From: Antedon mediterranea | Taxonomy: Eukaryota; Animalia; Echinodermata | Reading direction: 5' to 3' | Assembly (NCBI RefSeq): GCF_964355755.1 | Contig: NC_092671.1 | Span: 24,006,070-24,070,069, forward strand | Length of the DNA: 64,000 nt | Shown: piece after piece, positions 62,842 to 64,000 of the stretch | Layout of the letters: each line of letters starts with the position of its first letter | How positions within the stretch are numbered: position 1 is the first letter of the stretch | Notes under the pieces: model-generated | Database searches by the model: none | The model's input: the letters and a program-made list of their open reading frames with translations, nothing else | What the model was told of the DNA's origin: nothing | Program-made: the position numbers and the translations under genes

Positions 62842-64000
62842 TAGTAGATATATATATTTTTTTAAATTACCATCTTCTTCTTCTATTGTCTTGAAACGAA
62901 AGCAATAAAAACGAATAATTAATTTTGTAGTTTTAACAAAATTAATCACTTCCGTAGAAAAAAAAATGCTTTCCGTAATAAAATGTCAAATAAGCGGTTA
63001 TATCTAACCAACAATATGACTATTTTTTTGGCTTTAGATTACAGTATTTTTAAGGTAAACAATTGTAAATATCTATTAAGCCTATGTGACATTAAAATTA
63101 CATATTTAAAAAAAAACAAAATATGTTTTTAAAATTATTTTTTCAGGGACAATATATATTTAGAATCATTTTGAAACAATTCCTCTAAATTACCAACATA
63201 ATTATTTTTTTATTCGTGGGAAAATTATAACATGATAAATTTGTGACACTTATGATCGAATTTCTGTTTGTAAAACGATATACACTGTACGTCAATACAG
63301 ATAATAGTGTATAGCTTTTGCCGTTTACAATTACCACATATTGCATGTTACAATAACCCGATACATCTATTTTATCGATGTGGCTTAAAAACCTATACGA
63401 TTAGAATCTTTCAACAGAACGAACAGTGTTACTTTAACAGCCTAATGCTATTGCCTAATGTTGTGGTTATTTTTAATATTTGTAATTATTGAAACTGAAG
63501 GTTGTGCTGAGGTGTTCCCTAGATATTCATTTCCAGTGGGTCCCGGGCGAATACTTTCATCCAAACTATTCGTTTCAAAACCCTTTTAAAAGGAAACGTT
63601 TATATTTGTTTCTGTTGTTGAATGTTTTTGAGAAGCTTTGTATATTATTATTATTATTATTTGATAGAACATCAACTTTTATTTCAGTGGTACACACTGA
63701 ATTGGTGAGTTCTAGGAACTAAAACTGACACTTATATCAAAAGCTTTCTATCATTTGAATGCTCCTTAAACCTGGAAAAAGTGCTAAAACAAGCAAAAAA
63801 TGTATTATATGTGCTTGTAAGTTTAAAGGTGTATTGTCCCCCAAAATCATGAAAAATATAGATTTTTAAAATCGGTCTTTGAATAGACCATTTTGCAGTT
63901 TTAATGAAGTTGTTCACTTACATAAGAAAAAAAACGGGGAAAAAAAATTATTTCATCTATAAAAAGACAAAATAAACACTTAAATTACTCAAAAACTCAT

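Overview
AT-rich eukaryotic (animal) genomic DNA, most consistent with a marine invertebrate deuterostome such as an echinoderm (inferred from the domain mix and a Deu-domain SINE fragment). One large minus-strand spliced gene fills the window: I can trace about 47 GT-AG exons between 50030 and 282 (about 2,600 codons, reading frame consistent), and both ends appear to lie outside the traced region. It encodes a mosaic extracellular protein: FAMeT(Methyltransf_FA)-SUEL-FAMeT-SUEL-F5/8C-SUELx3-[VWD-C8-TIL-TILa/EGF-SUELx2]x2-VWD-C8-TIL. This domain set matches sea star footprint protein 1 (Sfp1)-like adhesive proteins and FCGBP/zonadhesin-like proteins. All three VWD domains keep the GDPH autocleavage motif. 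The most striking feature is two arrays of frame-preserving 6-57 nt phase-1 exons, including tandemly duplicated 9-nt exons that each encode GRR/GRK/ARK. They build Arg-rich, convertase-type cleavage linkers immediately before VWD2 and VWD3. The introns hold decayed LINEs, two foldback elements with about 1 kb arms, a nested stack of DNA transposons, MITEs and a 63 x 43 bp minisatellite. Exon boundaries were read by eye and need RNA evidence.
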